A stretch of 64,000 nt of DNA from Candidatus Latescibacterota bacterium (GCA_963422735.1 OY730476.1:96001-160000), one strand, 5' to 3'. Positions 8,391 through 19,807 are shown, numbered from the stretch's first letter. Notes: generated by a model from the sequence alone, not told the origin. Translations and numbers: made by a program.

Positions 8391-9269
8391 ATGTCAATCT
8401 CCAAAAAGCTATTTTACTGTCTATTTACGCAGATACTTTGCCTTGTTGGACACGGAGAGGCACAAAAGACTAGGCCAAGCACGATAACGATCTATGATAG
8501 CAATGAGGTTCCCCATCTGATGCTGGAGCCTCTTCCATGGCCTTCAAGTCTCGATTTGCCTGATCTACAAGAGGAACTGGAAAGAGAGGACTTTGCTGCG
8601 TGTGAGACGAAACTCCTTGGAGTATTATCTCAGGTGGGCAGTGGCTCAAAAGCCGAGGCTGCTGTGTATAACGCGTTAGGTTCCTTTGCGATGGCTCAAG
8701 CGGATATTTCCTCTTCAGAAGCCGAGGAGTTGCTCCATATTCATAGGGCAGCTAACTATTTCTCAAAGGGCGATTCAATAGCAAGTTATAGGCCTATTGA
8801 ACTTAGGATCCACCGGGCACACCTTATCCACAACGGAGCAGATACACTGCACCGCTTGGGAAAAGTCCAAGAAGCTCTCCTGAAAACCGAGGAGTTACTG
8901 CATGGCTTTGAAGGAGTAGGAACTGGTCGCATGAAGGATGCGTTGGTTGCCAGAGCCCTCCAAAAGGTAGCGATGCTTCGCCGGGCATTGGGACATGACA
9001 ATCAGTCAGTTGCATCGTTTCTAGACAGCCACACGGATCATACGAGCGAGTTGGTGGCCCTAGTCGCCAAGAGGGAGTTTCTGAGAACACAACTACATAC
9101 GGGAGATATCGATCATGCCCAGACCAGACTCGATCAAATGAAGTCTGAGTACGCGGGAAGAGATTCAGTCGGTCACCTATCGGTCGTCAGCATAATCCAA
9201 TTATTTGACGGTATGATCGAGAGCATCAGTGAGACTGGAAAGGCGGCTACTCCGACGCACGAGCATTGA
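8391..9269 (+). CDS. secreted alpha-helical/TPR-like protein
   Basis: signal-like N-terminus ending GEA-Q; TPR-like segments AVYNALG, ADTLHRLGKVQEA, TGDIDHA; lower GC than the backbone. Confidence 0.7.
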   Translation: MSISKKLFYCLFTQILCLVGHGEAQKTRPSTITIYDSNEVPHLMLEPLPWPSSLDLPDLQEELEREDFAACETKLLGVLSQVGSGSKAEAAVYNALGSFAMAQADISSSEAEELLHIHRAANYFSKGDSIASYRPIELRIHRAHLIHNGADTLHRLGKVQEALLKTEELLHGFEGVGTGRMKDALVARALQKVAMLRRALGHDNQSVASFLDSHTDHTSELVALVAKREFLRTQLHTGDIDHAQTRLDQMKSEYAGRDSVGHLSVVSIIQLFDGMIESISETGKAATPTHEH

Positions 9270-9324
9270 AACAAGTGGCGGCATTTTCAGACAGAAAGCT
9301 AAGTTGAAAGGAGTGGACAGCTCA

Positions 9325-9782
9325 ATGAGTCGTCGTCGATTCGACAGAGGAATGCTTCTTTATGCTGCACTGGTAGTAAGTGCTGCTAGCGGCGTCAACT
9401 CTCAGCCTAATGTGGCACAAGTACGGTTGGGGTTCGGAGAAAACAGGCTACCGATCCGCATATATATGTAGGGCGATGCCTTTTCGCGCTTGAACGTAAC
9501 GGCGAGGCGATTACCTTTCTAAACACAGGCTTATCTCTCAAAGCTCTCGTTCGGGAGCACTTTGACTTGGCTGTGCCGTTACTGGTCAGAGCACATGTTT
9601 CAAACGGGATGCCGGTTCGCGGAGCTGAAATCCTCTCAGAATTTTCTTCAAAAATGTCTCCTGAGGTTCATGCTGGCACTATCTCCGCTCTCAGGACGGA
9701 GTCCGACCGAATAGACCTATATGCTCACGGCCGACTGCGGTGCCGAGATGCCCGATGGGGCCAAGGCGGCCGAGTGATCTGA
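9325..9782 (+). pseudogene. disrupted secreted TPR-like protein
   Basis: GGAG RBS, MSRRRFDRGMLLYAALVVSAASG signal-like start; after a frame change near 9445 reads HIYVGRCLFALERNGEAITFLNTGL...LLVRAHVSNG. Confidence 0.5.
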
Positions 9783-9945
9783 GGGCCATTGTCTCCTGTG
9801 CCTCGGCCGGTTTATCTCATTGACGATCGGCTACGTGGCTGCCGTTGTTATGATTGCACTTAGGGTGTATTCCGAGTCCTTGATTGAGCCTGTCCTCTGT
9901 TATGTCGAGTGATACCTCTTCCTTTTGTACGATTGAAAGCACTCC

Positions 9946-12900
9946 ATGCCCAAACGCACAGACATTCAAAAAATAATGCTCATCGGCTCCGGTCCGATCG
10001 TCATTGGCCAAGCCTGCGAGTTTGATTATTCGGGAACGCAAGCCTGTAAGGCACTGGCCGAAGAAGGCTACGACATCGTCTTGGTCAACAGCAATCCGGC
10101 GACGATTATGACTGATCCAGAGGTGGCCGACCGCACCTACATCGAGCCGATCACGCCGGAAATTTGCACGCGGATCATCGCCGTGGAAAAGCCGCAGGCC
10201 CTCCTGCCGACGCTCGGGGGCCAAACCGCGCTCAACGCGGCGGTGGTCTTGGCCGAAAGCGGCACCCTCGCCGAGCACGGCGTCGAGCTGATCGGCGCTC
10301 GGCTCGAGGCCATCAAGATGGCCGAAGACCGCGAACTCTTCAAAGCGGCCATGGACCGGACCGGGTTGGACATGCCCCGTGGGGCCTTTGTCCACAGCCT
10401 CGAAGAGGCCCAAAAGCATCAAGCCGACTTGGGCTACCCGACGATCATCCGCCCCGCCTTTACGATGGGAGGCTCAGGCGGCGGCGTGGCGTACAACGCC
10501 GAGGAATTTGAGCGGATCGTGCGCCACGGCCTCGACCTAAGCCCGATCGACGAGGTGCTGATCGAGGAATCGGTCCTCGGGTGGAAGGAATTTGAGCTGG
10601 AAGTCATGCGCGATCACCGCGACAACGTGGTCATAATCTGCTCGATTGAAAACTTCGACCCCATGGGGATCCACACCGGCGACAGCATCACGGTCGCGCC
10701 GGCGCAGACCTTGTCCGATAAGGAATATCAGCACATGCGCGACGCGGCCATCCGCATCATGCGCGAGATCGGCGTAGATACCGGCGGATCCAATATCCAG
10801 TTCGCGGTCAATCCCACAGACGGCCGCATGGTCGTCATCGAGATGAACCCCCGGGTCTCGCGCTCTTCGGCGCTGGCGTCCAAAGCAACGGGCTTTCCCA
10901 TCGCCAAGATCGCCGCCAAACTGGCTGTGGGCTACGCGCTGGACGAAATCCGCAACGACATCACCCGCGAGACCCCGGCCTCCTTTGAGCCGACCATCGA
11001 CTACGTGGTGACCAAAATTCCGCGCTTTACCTTTGAGAAATTTCCCAGCACGCCAGACGCCCTCGACACCCAGATGCGCTCGGTAGGGGAAACCATGGCC
11101 ATTGGCCGCACCTTCAAGGAGTCCCTGCAAAAGGGCCTGCGCTCGCTGGAGGTCGGCCGCGCGGGTTTTGGTGCCGACGGCAAGGACCTTACAGCGGCCA
11201 AAGTGGCCGACAAGGAACTGCGCGAGAAATTGATGCGCCCCAACTCCCAGCGCATGTTCTACCTCAAGCTGGCCATCGCCAAAGGCTACACCCACGACGA
11301 GATATATGGCCTCACCGGCATTGATCCGTGGTTTCTCGACCAGCTCTACCAACTTTTTGAACTCGAACGACAGCTAGCGCGGGCAGATGCGCTCGCCGAT
11401 GCCGCCATGTTGCGCCGCGCCAAGGAGTGGGGATTTAGCGACCGCCAGCTCGCGCATCTCAACGGCTGCGACGAGGCGAGTGTCCGTCGGCGTCGCCTCG
11501 AGTTGGACATTCGCCCAGTGTACAAAACAGTTGATACCTGCGCCGCTGAGTTCGAAGCCCACACGCCCTACCACTACTCGACATACGACCGCGAGGACGA
11601 AGTGCAGCGCTCGACGCGCAAAAAAATCGCCATCCTCGGCGGCGGGCCGAACCGCATCGGCCAGGGGATTGAGTTCGATTACTGCTGCGTCCACGCGTGT
11701 TTCGCGCTGCGCGAAATCGGCTATGAGACCATCATGATCAACTCCAATCCCGAGACGGTCAGCACGGATTACGACACGGCCGACAAACTCTATTTCGAGC
11801 CGCTGACAATCGAGGACGTGCTGCACATCGTCGAGCGCGAAGCCCCAGACGGCGTCATCGTGCAGTTCGGGGGGCAAACCCCGCTGAACTTGGCGGTCGA
11901 ACTAGAGCGCGAGGGCGTGCCCATCCTCGGCACCTCGCCCCGCAGCATCGACTTGGCCGAGGATCGCCAGCGCTTCGGCCAGTTGTTGAGCGAACTGGGC
12001 ATCCGCCAGCCGGCAAATGGCATGGCTGCCAGTTGTGCCGAGGCGTGCGCTGTTGCCGCGCAGATCGGCTTCCCGGTCTTGGTGCGGCCCTCGTACGTGC
12101 TCGGCGGGCGGGCCATGGTCGTGGCATACGATGTCGGGAGCCTCGAAACCTACATGAACGAGGCCATTGAAGTAGCGCCCGAGCGGCCCGTGCTCATCGA
12201 CCGCTACCTGCAAGGCGCGGAGGAATTCGATGTGGATGCCGTGGCCGACGGGACGGACGTGGTCGTCGGCGGGATCATGCAGCACATCGAGCACGCCGGC
12301 GTGCATTCGGGCGATAGCGCCTGCGCCTTGCCGCCCTACGACACGCCGAGCGAGCACATTGAGGCCATGCGCGAGTACACCCACGCGCTGGCGCATGCCC
12401 TCGGCGTGATCGGCCTGATGAACGTGCAATACGCCGTCCATCAAGGCGAGGTCTATGCGATTGAAGTGAATCCCCGGGCTTCGCGCACCGTGCCTTTTGT
12501 CAGCAAGGCCATTGGCCGCCCGCTGGCCAAGATCGCCGCGCGGGCCATGGTGGGGATGACCTTGCGCGAGCAGGGTTTCACCGAGGAGGTCGCGCCCGCG
12601 CACATATCCGTCAAGGAGGCCGTGCTGCCCTTTATAAAATTCCCCGGGGCCGATAGCCTGCTGGGGCCGGAGATGAAGTCCACGGGCGAAGTCATGGGCA
12701 TTGGCCGCGACTTTGGCACGGCTTTCCTCAAAGCGCAGATGGGGGCGGGTTCGCTGCTGCCGTCGCACGGCCGAGTCTTTATCAGCGTGGCCGACTGCGA
12801 TAAAGAGGAGGTCTTGCCGGTAGCCCGCCGACTGCGCGCGGCCGGATTCGAGTTGGTGGCTACACAGGGTACGCGCGACTTCCTCGGCAAGCACGACATC

Positions 12901-13164
12901 GCCGCAGAGCGGGTGCATAAAATTCACGAGGGCCGCCCGCACATCGAAGACGCGATTCGCAGCCGCCAGATTGACCTGATTATCAATACCCCTCTCGGCG
13001 AGTCTTCTCACTACGACGACTTTGCAGTGCGCCGGGCTGCGGTCGTAACCGGTGTGCCCTACACCACGACAATGGCCGGAGCCCGGGCCGCGGCCGCGGG
13101 CATTGAGGCGCTGCAACGCGCCGAGCTGGATGTGCAATCCCTGCAGGATTACCACCGGGGCTAG
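9946..13164 (+). CDS. carB: carbamoyl-phosphate synthase large subunit
   Basis: [58 protein letters not shown]-terminal MGS domain. Confidence 0.99.
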   Translation: MPKRTDIQKIMLIGSGPIVIGQACEFDYSGTQACKALAEEGYDIVLVNSNPATIMTDPEVADRTYIEPITPEICTRIIAVEKPQALLPTLGGQTALNAAVVLAESGTLAEHGVELIGARLEAIKMAEDRELFKAAMDRTGLDMPRGAFVHSLEEAQKHQADLGYPTIIRPAFTMGGSGGGVAYNAEEFERIVRHGLDLSPIDEVLIEESVLGWKEFELEVMRDHRDNVVIICSIENFDPMGIHTGDSITVAPAQTLSDKEYQHMRDAAIRIMREIGVDTGGSNIQFAVNPTDGRMVVIEMNPRVSRSSALASKATGFPIAKIAAKLAVGYALDEIRNDITRETPASFEPTIDYVVTKIPRFTFEKFPSTPDALDTQMRSVGETMAIGRTFKESLQKGLRSLEVGRAGFGADGKDLTAAKVADKELREKLMRPNSQRMFYLKLAIAKGYTHDEIYGLTGIDPWFLDQLYQLFELERQLARADALADAAMLRRAKEWGFSDRQLAHLNGCDEASVRRRRLELDIRPVYKTVDTCAAEFEAHTPYHYSTYDREDEVQRSTRKKIAILGGGPNRIGQGIEFDYCCVHACFALREIGYETIMINSNPETVSTDYDTADKLYFEPLTIEDVLHIVEREAPDGVIVQFGGQTPLNLAVELEREGVPILGTSPRSIDLAEDRQRFGQLLSELGIRQPANGMAASCAEACAVAAQIGFPVLVRPSYVLGGRAMVVAYDVGSLETYMNEAIEVAPERPVLIDRYLQGAEEFDVDAVADGTDVVVGGIMQHIEHAGVHSGDSACALPPYDTPSEHIEAMREYTHALAHALGVIGLMNVQYAVHQGEVYAIEVNPRASRTVPFVSKAIGRPLAKIAARAMVGMTLREQGFTEEVAPAHISVKEAVLPFIKFPGADSLLGPEMKSTGEVMGIGRDFGTAFLKAQMGAGSLLPSHGRVFISVADCDKEEVLPVARRLRAAGFELVATQGTRDFLGKHDIAAERVHKIHEGRPHIEDAIRSRQIDLIINTPLGESSHYDDFAVRRAAVVTGVPYTTTMAGARAAAAGIEALQRAELDVQSLQDYHRG

Positions 13165-13174
13165 GAGACCGCTC

Positions 13175-15811
13175 GTGAGGACTGCGCCCACCTGCCGCTT
13201 GGCCCTGGTGCTGTTATTATCTTATTGTCTGGCGATTTCGGCCTGCGTCTATTTCAATACGTTTTACAACGCCAAAAAATCCTTCCGCGAGGCCGAAAAA
13301 GAACGGCGCAAACACGAAGAGACCTACGCCGACTGGGCCTTTGACCGAGCCGGCCCCGAATTGCAGCGGCAGCGCTCGCCGCAGGCCGACCAACTCTACG
13401 ACAAAGTGGTACGCAAGGCGTCCAAGGTGCTCGACAAGCACAAGGAGAGCGACTTGGTTGACGACGCCATGTTTCTGATCGGCCAAGCGTATTACTGGCG
13501 CGGCGAATACCTCAATGCCCAAGAGTCCTTCCGCGACTTGGAGACTTTTTTCCCGTCCAGTCCGCACTTTGACCAAGCCCGCTACTGGCGCGCCCGCTGT
13601 CTAGAGGAACAGCGGCTCGACGACCAAGCGCAGTCGCTCTACCGAGTGCTTTTTGACGAGGCCGAAGAAGAGATCGCCGTCCAAGCGGGCCTGCACTTGG
13701 CCGAGATGGCGCACGACCGGGAGGACTACATCGCGGCCATGCGGGAATATCAGGCCACGCTAACAGCCTTTCCCAAGAGCGCGGTGCGCGCCCAATTGTG
13801 GTTGCGCTTGGGCGAGGCGCTGATGGCCTTAGAGGACCCGGCCCGCCTAGGCGAGGCCCTAGAGGCCTTCGACGAGGTGCTACAGGCCGATCCAAGCGTG
13901 GACCAAAAGTATCGCGCCCAGCTCAACAGCGGCCGTGCGCTCTACGCCATGGGCGCGGAAGAAGAGGCCCTAGACGCGTACGTCAGCCTGCTCAACGAGG
14001 GCCGCTTCCGCCGCTTTGAGGGTCGCACCCGGCTCCTAATCGGCGAGTGGTATCAGGGCCGCCGCTTACTCAATGAGGCACTGGCCGAGTACGATCAGGT
14101 GCTCAACGACTTCCCCCAGACGCCCTCTGCGGCCATGGCCCTGTATCGCATCGGCTTGTTGCGTCTGCAGGAATACGGGGATACCGAACTGGCGCGCGAT
14201 TACCTTGAGGAGAGCCGCCGCGAGAGCCCGGGAGCGCAGGGCGTGCTTTTGGCGCAGAAGATGCTGGGGCACATGCGCCGGCTGCAGCAGTTCCAGCGCC
14301 AGATCCATCGCGCCGATTCGCTCTACGCCGACTCGCTGGGCGTAGCGCAGGGGCCACTGTTGTGGCAGGCAAAGGAGACTCCGGCCGACACAGTGGTGGT
14401 GGCGCGGAGTTTGGAGGTGCTGGACGACCTGTTTACCGCGTGCGAGATCTATCGCGACGACATCGGCCAGGCCGATTCAGCCCGTGCGTACTACGAGGAG
14501 GTAATCCGCCGCTTCCCCGACAGCGACCAATTGCCCCGCGCCGTGTACAGCCTCGCTTGGATCGAATTGCAAATGCGCGGCGACGAAGAGAGAGCTAGCC
14601 CCTATTTGCTGCGGCTGATCGAGGAGTTTCCCACTTCGGCTCATGCCAACGAAGCCCGCCGCCTGCTGGGGCAGAAGGCCGAAGCCACCGCCGAAGAGTT
14701 GGCGGCACGCGAGTTTGCGCGGATCGAAACATTGCGTCTAGCGCAGCCTGAAAACACCAAGGAGTACATCCCCCTGTTGGACAGTTTGAGCCATGCCTTT
14801 GTCGGTACGCAAACGGGGGGGCAAGCGGCGTTTTTGGCGGCCACTACCTACGAGAATGTCGTCGGGGATACGCTCGCGGCTGAGCAGCGCTATCAATTGT
14901 TGCGCGAAGAGTTCGCCGAGACGCGATTCGGCAAGCTGGCCCAGCAGCGGTGGGAAGCACGCGAGGAAAAGCTCATCGACAAGCTGGAGCGCAGCCTAAA
15001 GGCGGTCGGCGGCCAGCTCGGCCCGGGGGAGCGGATCGAACTGCTCGCCTTGGAGCCGGACACGCTCGACTCCGTGGCCTTGGCGCGCAAATACATCGGC
15101 TTTGCCGAGCGCGCACAGCGGCGCGGGGACGCCGCGCTCGCCCGCGATTTTTACGAGCAAAGCATCGACCAACAGGTAGCCAACCCGCGCGCCCTATACC
15201 AACTCGGCAACCTCAACTGGGAGGATGGCTATTTCGACGACGCCATCGATTTTTACCGCGAGGCTCTGTCCTTTGACAAGAGGAACCTCAACCTCTACTA
15301 CCGGCTCTGGCGCGCCTTTACCGAGCAGGGCGTAGAGGACTCGGCCAACCACTACCTGCAGGAGGTCGCACGGCGCGATCGGGATAGCCCGCAAATTCGC
15401 TTCTTGCTGGAGAAGCATCCGGATTTTCAGGCGGGCGAGGACCGCGAGGACTTGGACATAGAAGTGATGATCGCGCTCGACTTGTCGATTCCCCCCGATG
15501 AGTTGGGGTGGAAGGAGGGCGACCTGTCGCTGAGCGATTGGCCGCTGGTCCGGCAGGTGGTGCGGCCGGTCTATCCAGCGGCCGCCGAGGATTCGGCCGA
15601 GGTGTTACTCGACGTGCTAATCGACCGCGAGGGGCGGCCCGAGCAAGTGGAGGTCTTTCGCGGGGACCCTCCCTTTGTCGAGAGCGCGGTGGCAGCAGCG
15701 TATGGCTATAGCTTCTATCCCGCAGTGCGCCGCAACGGCGAGGAGGTCAAGTCTTGGGTCGAGTTGGCCGTGTCGTTTGGCTTGCCGCAAGAAGAAGAGG
15801 AAGAGCCGTGA
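13175..15811 (+). CDS. TPR-repeat lipoprotein with C-terminal TonB-like domain
   Basis: lipobox ISA-C followed by VYFNTFYNAK; many BamD-like TPRs; ends PVYP..A...VLLDVLIDREG.PEQVEV...FYPA.RNGEEVKSWV. Confidence 0.8.
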   Translation: MRTAPTCRLALVLLLSYCLAISACVYFNTFYNAKKSFREAEKERRKHEETYADWAFDRAGPELQRQRSPQADQLYDKVVRKASKVLDKHKESDLVDDAMFLIGQAYYWRGEYLNAQESFRDLETFFPSSPHFDQARYWRARCLEEQRLDDQAQSLYRVLFDEAEEEIAVQAGLHLAEMAHDREDYIAAMREYQATLTAFPKSAVRAQLWLRLGEALMALEDPARLGEALEAFDEVLQADPSVDQKYRAQLNSGRALYAMGAEEEALDAYVSLLNEGRFRRFEGRTRLLIGEWYQGRRLLNEALAEYDQVLNDFPQTPSAAMALYRIGLLRLQEYGDTELARDYLEESRRESPGAQGVLLAQKMLGHMRRLQQFQRQIHRADSLYADSLGVAQGPLLWQAKETPADTVVVARSLEVLDDLFTACEIYRDDIGQADSARAYYEEVIRRFPDSDQLPRAVYSLAWIELQMRGDEERASPYLLRLIEEFPTSAHANEARRLLGQKAEATAEELAAREFARIETLRLAQPENTKEYIPLLDSLSHAFVGTQTGGQAAFLAATTYENVVGDTLAAEQRYQLLREEFAETRFGKLAQQRWEAREEKLIDKLERSLKAVGGQLGPGERIELLALEPDTLDSVALARKYIGFAERAQRRGDAALARDFYEQSIDQQVANPRALYQLGNLNWEDGYFDDAIDFYREALSFDKRNLNLYYRLWRAFTEQGVEDSANHYLQEVARRDRDSPQIRFLLEKHPDFQAGEDREDLDIEVMIALDLSIPPDELGWKEGDLSLSDWPLVRQVVRPVYPAAAEDSAEVLLDVLIDREGRPEQVEVFRGDPPFVESAVAAAYGYSFYPAVRRNGEEVKSWVELAVSFGLPQEEEEEP

Positions 15812-16620
15812 TTGACGAGCAAGCGCGCCTGCTGACCAACCGCGAAGTCGCCGCGGACTTCTATTTGGCGCGTCTGAGCGCACCCCACATTGCAGCGCGG
15901 ATCGAGCCGGGTCAGTTCGTCAATATCGAGGTCGGCCCAGGGGTAGCTCCCTTGTTGCGCGTCCCGCTGAGCGTGAGCGGCGTCGAGCGCGAGGCTGGTA
16001 TTATCGAGGTATTGTACGAAGAGGTAGGGCCTAAGACGCGAGCGCTGAGTCAACTCGGGCCGGCCGCAGCCTTGCCGACCCTCGGCCCGTTGGGCAAGGG
16101 GTTCGCGCCGCCGCCCGAGGGTATGCGCGTCGCATTAGTCGGGGGCGGTATCGGCGTGCCACCGCTGCTCTACTGGGGATTGGAACTGAGACAGCGGGCG
16201 CACCGGACTGCGCTGTTGGTCGGGGCGCGGACTGCGGGCAAGCACCTGCCCAGCGAATTGCTTGCACCGGCTGCGGACGCGGTGCGCTGCGCGACCGACG
16301 ATGGCAGCCTTGGGCACGCGGGCTTAGTCACCGATCTGTTGCAGCACGAGCTAGCTAAAAAAGGGCCGTGCGAGGTCTATTGCTGTGGTCCGCACGGGAT
16401 GATGCAGGCCGTGGCCGCCATGTGCCTAGAAGCCCAAGTGGCGTGTCATGTTTCCCTCGAAGAGTACATGGCTTGCGGCATCGGCATCTGCATGGGCTGC
16501 GCCGTCGAGCTGGCGACGGCAAAAGGCGACTCGGACTATGGCCGCTACGCCCGCATCTGCGTGGATGGGCCGGCGTTCGACGCGCGGCAGGTAAAGTGGG
16601 GCAGCGCATGGCCGACTTGA
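15808..16620 (+). CDS. pyrK: dihydroorotate dehydrogenase electron transfer subunit
   Basis: PGQFV, LRVPLS, GPLGKGF, GGGIGVPP, CCGP, MACGIGICMGC, ICVDGPAF. Confidence 0.95.
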   Translation: MIDEQARLLTNREVAADFYLARLSAPHIAARIEPGQFVNIEVGPGVAPLLRVPLSVSGVEREAGIIEVLYEEVGPKTRALSQLGPAAALPTLGPLGKGFAPPPEGMRVALVGGGIGVPPLLYWGLELRQRAHRTALLVGARTAGKHLPSELLAPAADAVRCATDDGSLGHAGLVTDLLQHELAKKGPCEVYCCGPHGMMQAVAAMCLEAQVACHVSLEEYMACGIGICMGCAVELATAKGDSDYGRYARICVDGPAFDARQVKWGSAWPT

Positions 16621-17519
16621 GCATAGACTTTGCCGGTGTGCGACTGCGCAACCCGGTGCTGCTAGCCTCGGGCACCTGCAACTACGGTCAGGAGCTTTTG
16701 CCGTTGACCGATTTTGCGCGCTTGGGTGGGCTGATCACCAAAACCATTACCCCGCAGCCCCGCGGCGGCAACCCTCCCCAGCGCATCGTCGAGACGCCGG
16801 CCGGAATGCTCAATTCCATTGGCCTGCAAAACCCTGGGCTAGTGGCTTTCACCGAGCAGCAATGGCCCTTGTTGGCCGGTTTGGACGCGCAGGTCGTGGT
16901 GAATATCGCCGGATTCGCGGTCGAGGAGTTCGGGCAAATGGCGGCGCGTCTCGAAGCGTTGGAAGGCATTGCCGCGCTCGAAGTCAATATATCCTGTCCC
17001 AATGTCGAGGCCGGAGGCGACAATTTCGCCACGCGGCCCCAAACCGCGGCCGCAGCCATCGCCGCAGTGCGTAGCCGCACCCAGCGGCCGGTCATCGCCA
17101 AGCTGACGCCCAATGTCACAGATATTGCCAAAATTGCCCGCGCCGTAGTGGATGCAGGTGCGGATGCGGTCTCGCTGATCAATACGCTCGTTGGCATGGC
17201 CCTTGACGTGGAGCGGCGGCGGCCCGTCTTGGGCGGTATTACCGGCGGCTTGTCCGGGCCGGCGATCAAGCCCGTGGCCCTCGCCATGGTGTGGAAGGTG
17301 GCTCAAGCCGTCGCCGTGCCCGTCATGGGCATCGGCGGGATCGCCACCGCAAGTGATGTTTTAGAGTTCATGGTCGCTGGTGCTTCCGCCGTCCAAGTCG
17401 GGACGGCCAGTTTCGCCAACCCCAACGCCGGCGTCGAAATCGCGGAAGCCCTCCGCGCCTACTGCGACGAGCGCGGCATTGATCGCATTGCCTCCTTGGT
17501 GGGCAGCTTGCGAGTTTAG
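16608..17519 (+). CDS. pyrD: dihydroorotate dehydrogenase family 1B catalytic subunit
   Basis: NPVLLASGT, MLNSIGLQNPG, EVNISCPNV, KLTPNVTDI, GGLSGPAIKP. Confidence 0.96.
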   Translation: MADLSIDFAGVRLRNPVLLASGTCNYGQELLPLTDFARLGGLITKTITPQPRGGNPPQRIVETPAGMLNSIGLQNPGLVAFTEQQWPLLAGLDAQVVVNIAGFAVEEFGQMAARLEALEGIAALEVNISCPNVEAGGDNFATRPQTAAAAIAAVRSRTQRPVIAKLTPNVTDIAKIARAVVDAGADAVSLINTLVGMALDVERRRPVLGGITGGLSGPAIKPVALAMVWKVAQAVAVPVMGIGGIATASDVLEFMVAGASAVQVGTASFANPNAGVEIAEALRAYCDERGIDRIASLVGSLRV

Positions 17520-17549
17520 ACGGAAAAATCGCAAGCGCGGCGATGGATT

Positions 17550-18170
17550 TCACTGCATCGGCACGAAGCGCACGGGTAGGAGTCTGCGCTGGCTGAGTCC
17601 GGTCGCGCTTTTCTCTACCACGACCAAGTGTTGGCGTTGAGTGCCTAGCGGGAGAATGAAGCGGCCGTTAGGCGCTAGTTGTTCGGTTAGAGCGGGTGGG
17701 ATGGTCGCGGGGGCGGCCGAGCAGACGATGGCGTCAAAAGGGGCTGCCTCGGGCCAACCCATGCGGCCGTCGCCAACGCGGAGGACGACATGGCCATAGC
17801 CTGTGTCGGCGAGTACGCGACGGGCCTTTGCGGCGAGGTCGGAGAAGAATTCAATGCTATAGACTTGGCCAGTCAGTTCGGCGAGCAGGGCGGTTTGGTA
17901 CCCGGAGCCGGTGCCAATCTCTAATATCCGTTCCGCGCCCTGCAAGCCGAGAACCGAGAGCATGTAGGCCACTACGTATGGCTGCGATATGGTTTGCTCT
18001 ACGCCGATGGCCAGCGGGTGATCGGCGTATGCGTGGGGACGCAGGGCCTCTGGGACGTAGCAATGCCTTGGGACGCGGGTGAACGCGGCCAGTACGCGCG
18101 GATCGCAAATGCCGCGATGGCTGAGTTGCTTGCGCACCATAGCGCGGCGTTGGTCGGCGTAGGAAGTCAT
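17550..18170 (-). CDS. pcm: protein-L-isoaspartate O-methyltransferase
   Basis: VPRH, QTISQPYVVA, LEIGTGSGYQTA, GWPEAAPFDAI, VRFVPM; start at MTSYADQ. Confidence 0.95.
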   Translation of the reverse strand: MTSYADQRRAMVRKQLSHRGICDPRVLAAFTRVPRHCYVPEALRPHAYADHPLAIGVEQTISQPYVVAYMLSVLGLQGAERILEIGTGSGYQTALLAELTGQVYSIEFFSDLAAKARRVLADTGYGHVVLRVGDGRMGWPEAAPFDAIVCSAAPATIPPALTEQLAPNGRFILPLGTQRQHLVVVEKSATGLSQRRLLPVRFVPMQ

Positions 18171-19066
18171 CGCGCACTTTGGAGGAGAGCTAGGGCCGCG
18201 TCTATTGCGGCCGCAGGGGGGATTGCAGCGATGTCTGCGGCCGGTGCTTGCAGGACTTGGCTGCGCTTGCCGCGCGGTGCCCACAGCCGGGGGGCGGTGG
18301 GGCCAAATAGCGTCAGAGTCGGGGTGCAGACGGCCGCGGCGATGTGCCCGGGGCCGGAGTCGTTGCCGATAAAGAGCGCGGCTTTGGCGAGCAGGCCGGC
18401 GAGGGAGCGCAGGTCTGGGGGATGGAGCGCGGGCAGGCCGCCGACTGCGACCTGGCGTTCGCGTTCGACCGGGCCGCACAAGAGCGCGGGATGCCAGCCT
18501 CTTTTTTCTAGCGCGCTGGCGAGGGCGTGGAAATTCGCCGCGGGCCAGCACTTGGCTGGCGAGCCGCTGCCTAAGTGGATGACGACTTCGGGCGCGGAGG
18601 CGAGCGCGTCCACATAGCCGTAGTCGCCGCGCCGCAGCGAGATGCGCGGGGTGCGGTCGCAGACGGATAGGCCCCATTGCCGCAAGGGGCTTAGCAAGTG
18701 GTCGACGATGTGGCCGCGGAAATCGGCTGGGGGCCGCGGATCCCACAACAGCACGGGGCCGGCTACGGCTCGAAGCAATTGCGGACCGAGGTGTTGTTGG
18801 GCATTCACCGCATAGGCTAACACGCGCTGCGTAGGGGCGAAGAGCTGGCGAGTAGCCGGGGGAAGCGACCCATCGCGGTGCAGGGGAATCAGGCGCGGAT
18901 CTTCGCCGTCTAGAATGGAGGCCACTGGGTCAAGCGCTAGGGTCGCCGGGCGGCCGATGAGGCGTAAGTCGGCAGCGGGAAAGGCCCGGCGCACAGCATC
19001 GATGGCAGGCAGGGTGAGGACGAAATCGCCGATTGCCCCGCCGCGAAATATGGTTATCGCGCTCAA
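18167..19066 (-). CDS. glycosyltransferase family 9 (heptosyltransferase-like)
   Basis: GAIGDFVLTLP, HLGSGSPAKCW, FIGNDSGPGHIAAA, TLFGPT. Confidence 0.9.
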   Translation of the reverse strand: MSAITIFRGGAIGDFVLTLPAIDAVRRAFPAADLRLIGRPATLALDPVASILDGEDPRLIPLHRDGSLPPATRQLFAPTQRVLAYAVNAQQHLGPQLLRAVAGPVLLWDPRPPADFRGHIVDHLLSPLRQWGLSVCDRTPRISLRRGDYGYVDALASAPEVVIHLGSGSPAKCWPAANFHALASALEKRGWHPALLCGPVERERQVAVGGLPALHPPDLRSLAGLLAKAALFIGNDSGPGHIAAAVCTPTLTLFGPTAPRLWAPRGKRSQVLQAPAADIAAIPPAAAIDAALALLQSAR

Positions 19067-19165
19067 TTTTGCAGCCCCACTGCGGGCGTCTCTTGCCCGC
19101 TAGAAAATTTTTGCGTAGTTTCTACGATTCTGTTTGCTCGACAACTATCTGAAGGAGTTGGCCTT

Positions 19166-19783
19166 ATGGGGGCCTTGATTGGCAAAAAATTGGGAATGAC
19201 GCAGGTGTACAACGACCGAGAGGAGCTCACGCCAGTGACGATCATCGCGGCCGGGCCCTGTCCAGTGGTACAAGTGCGGACTGAGGAGGACAACGGATAC
19301 TCAGCTTTGCAGCTTGCATTCGACGAAGTGCCGGAGCGCAAGCTGACCAAGCCGCAAAGGGGCCATCTGGCCAAGGCCGGCGTGAACGGCCACCGCATCC
19401 TGCGCGAATTTCGCGGGGAAGAGGGCGAGTTCGAGGTCGGCCAAGTCTTGGATGTGAGCCAGTTCGAGGCTGGCCACCGGGTCAAAGTGACGGGCAAATC
19501 CAAGGGTAAGGGATTTGCCGGGGTGGTCAAGCGCCACGGTTTCCGCGGCAAGAACGCGAGCCACGGTACGCCCGATACCGTGCGCCACGGCGGTTCTATC
19601 GGCCAGGGTACGACTCCGGGCAAGGTGTGGAAGGGCAAGAAAATGTCCGGCCAGATGGGTAACAAGCGGGTCTCCACTAAGGGATTGACCGTCGAGCGGA
19701 TCGACGCGGATCGCAACTTGCTCTTCCTCAAGGGGGCGGTGCCGGGCGGAGCCAATGGCTACGTCCTGATACAGACCATCTGA
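19166..19783 (+). CDS. rplC: 50S ribosomal protein L3 (stand-alone)
   Basis: GKKLGMTQ, GYSALQL, SKGKGFAGVVKRHGF, KGKKMSGQMG, KGAVPG; GAAGGAG RBS. Confidence 0.96.
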   Translation: MGALIGKKLGMTQVYNDREELTPVTIIAAGPCPVVQVRTEEDNGYSALQLAFDEVPERKLTKPQRGHLAKAGVNGHRILREFRGEEGEFEVGQVLDVSQFEAGHRVKVTGKSKGKGFAGVVKRHGFRGKNASHGTPDTVRHGGSIGQGTTPGKVWKGKKMSGQMGNKRVSTKGLTVERIDADRNLLFLKGAVPGGANGYVLIQTI

Positions 19784-19807
19784 CCCCCCTGCTTTAAGAG
19801 TGCTTGC

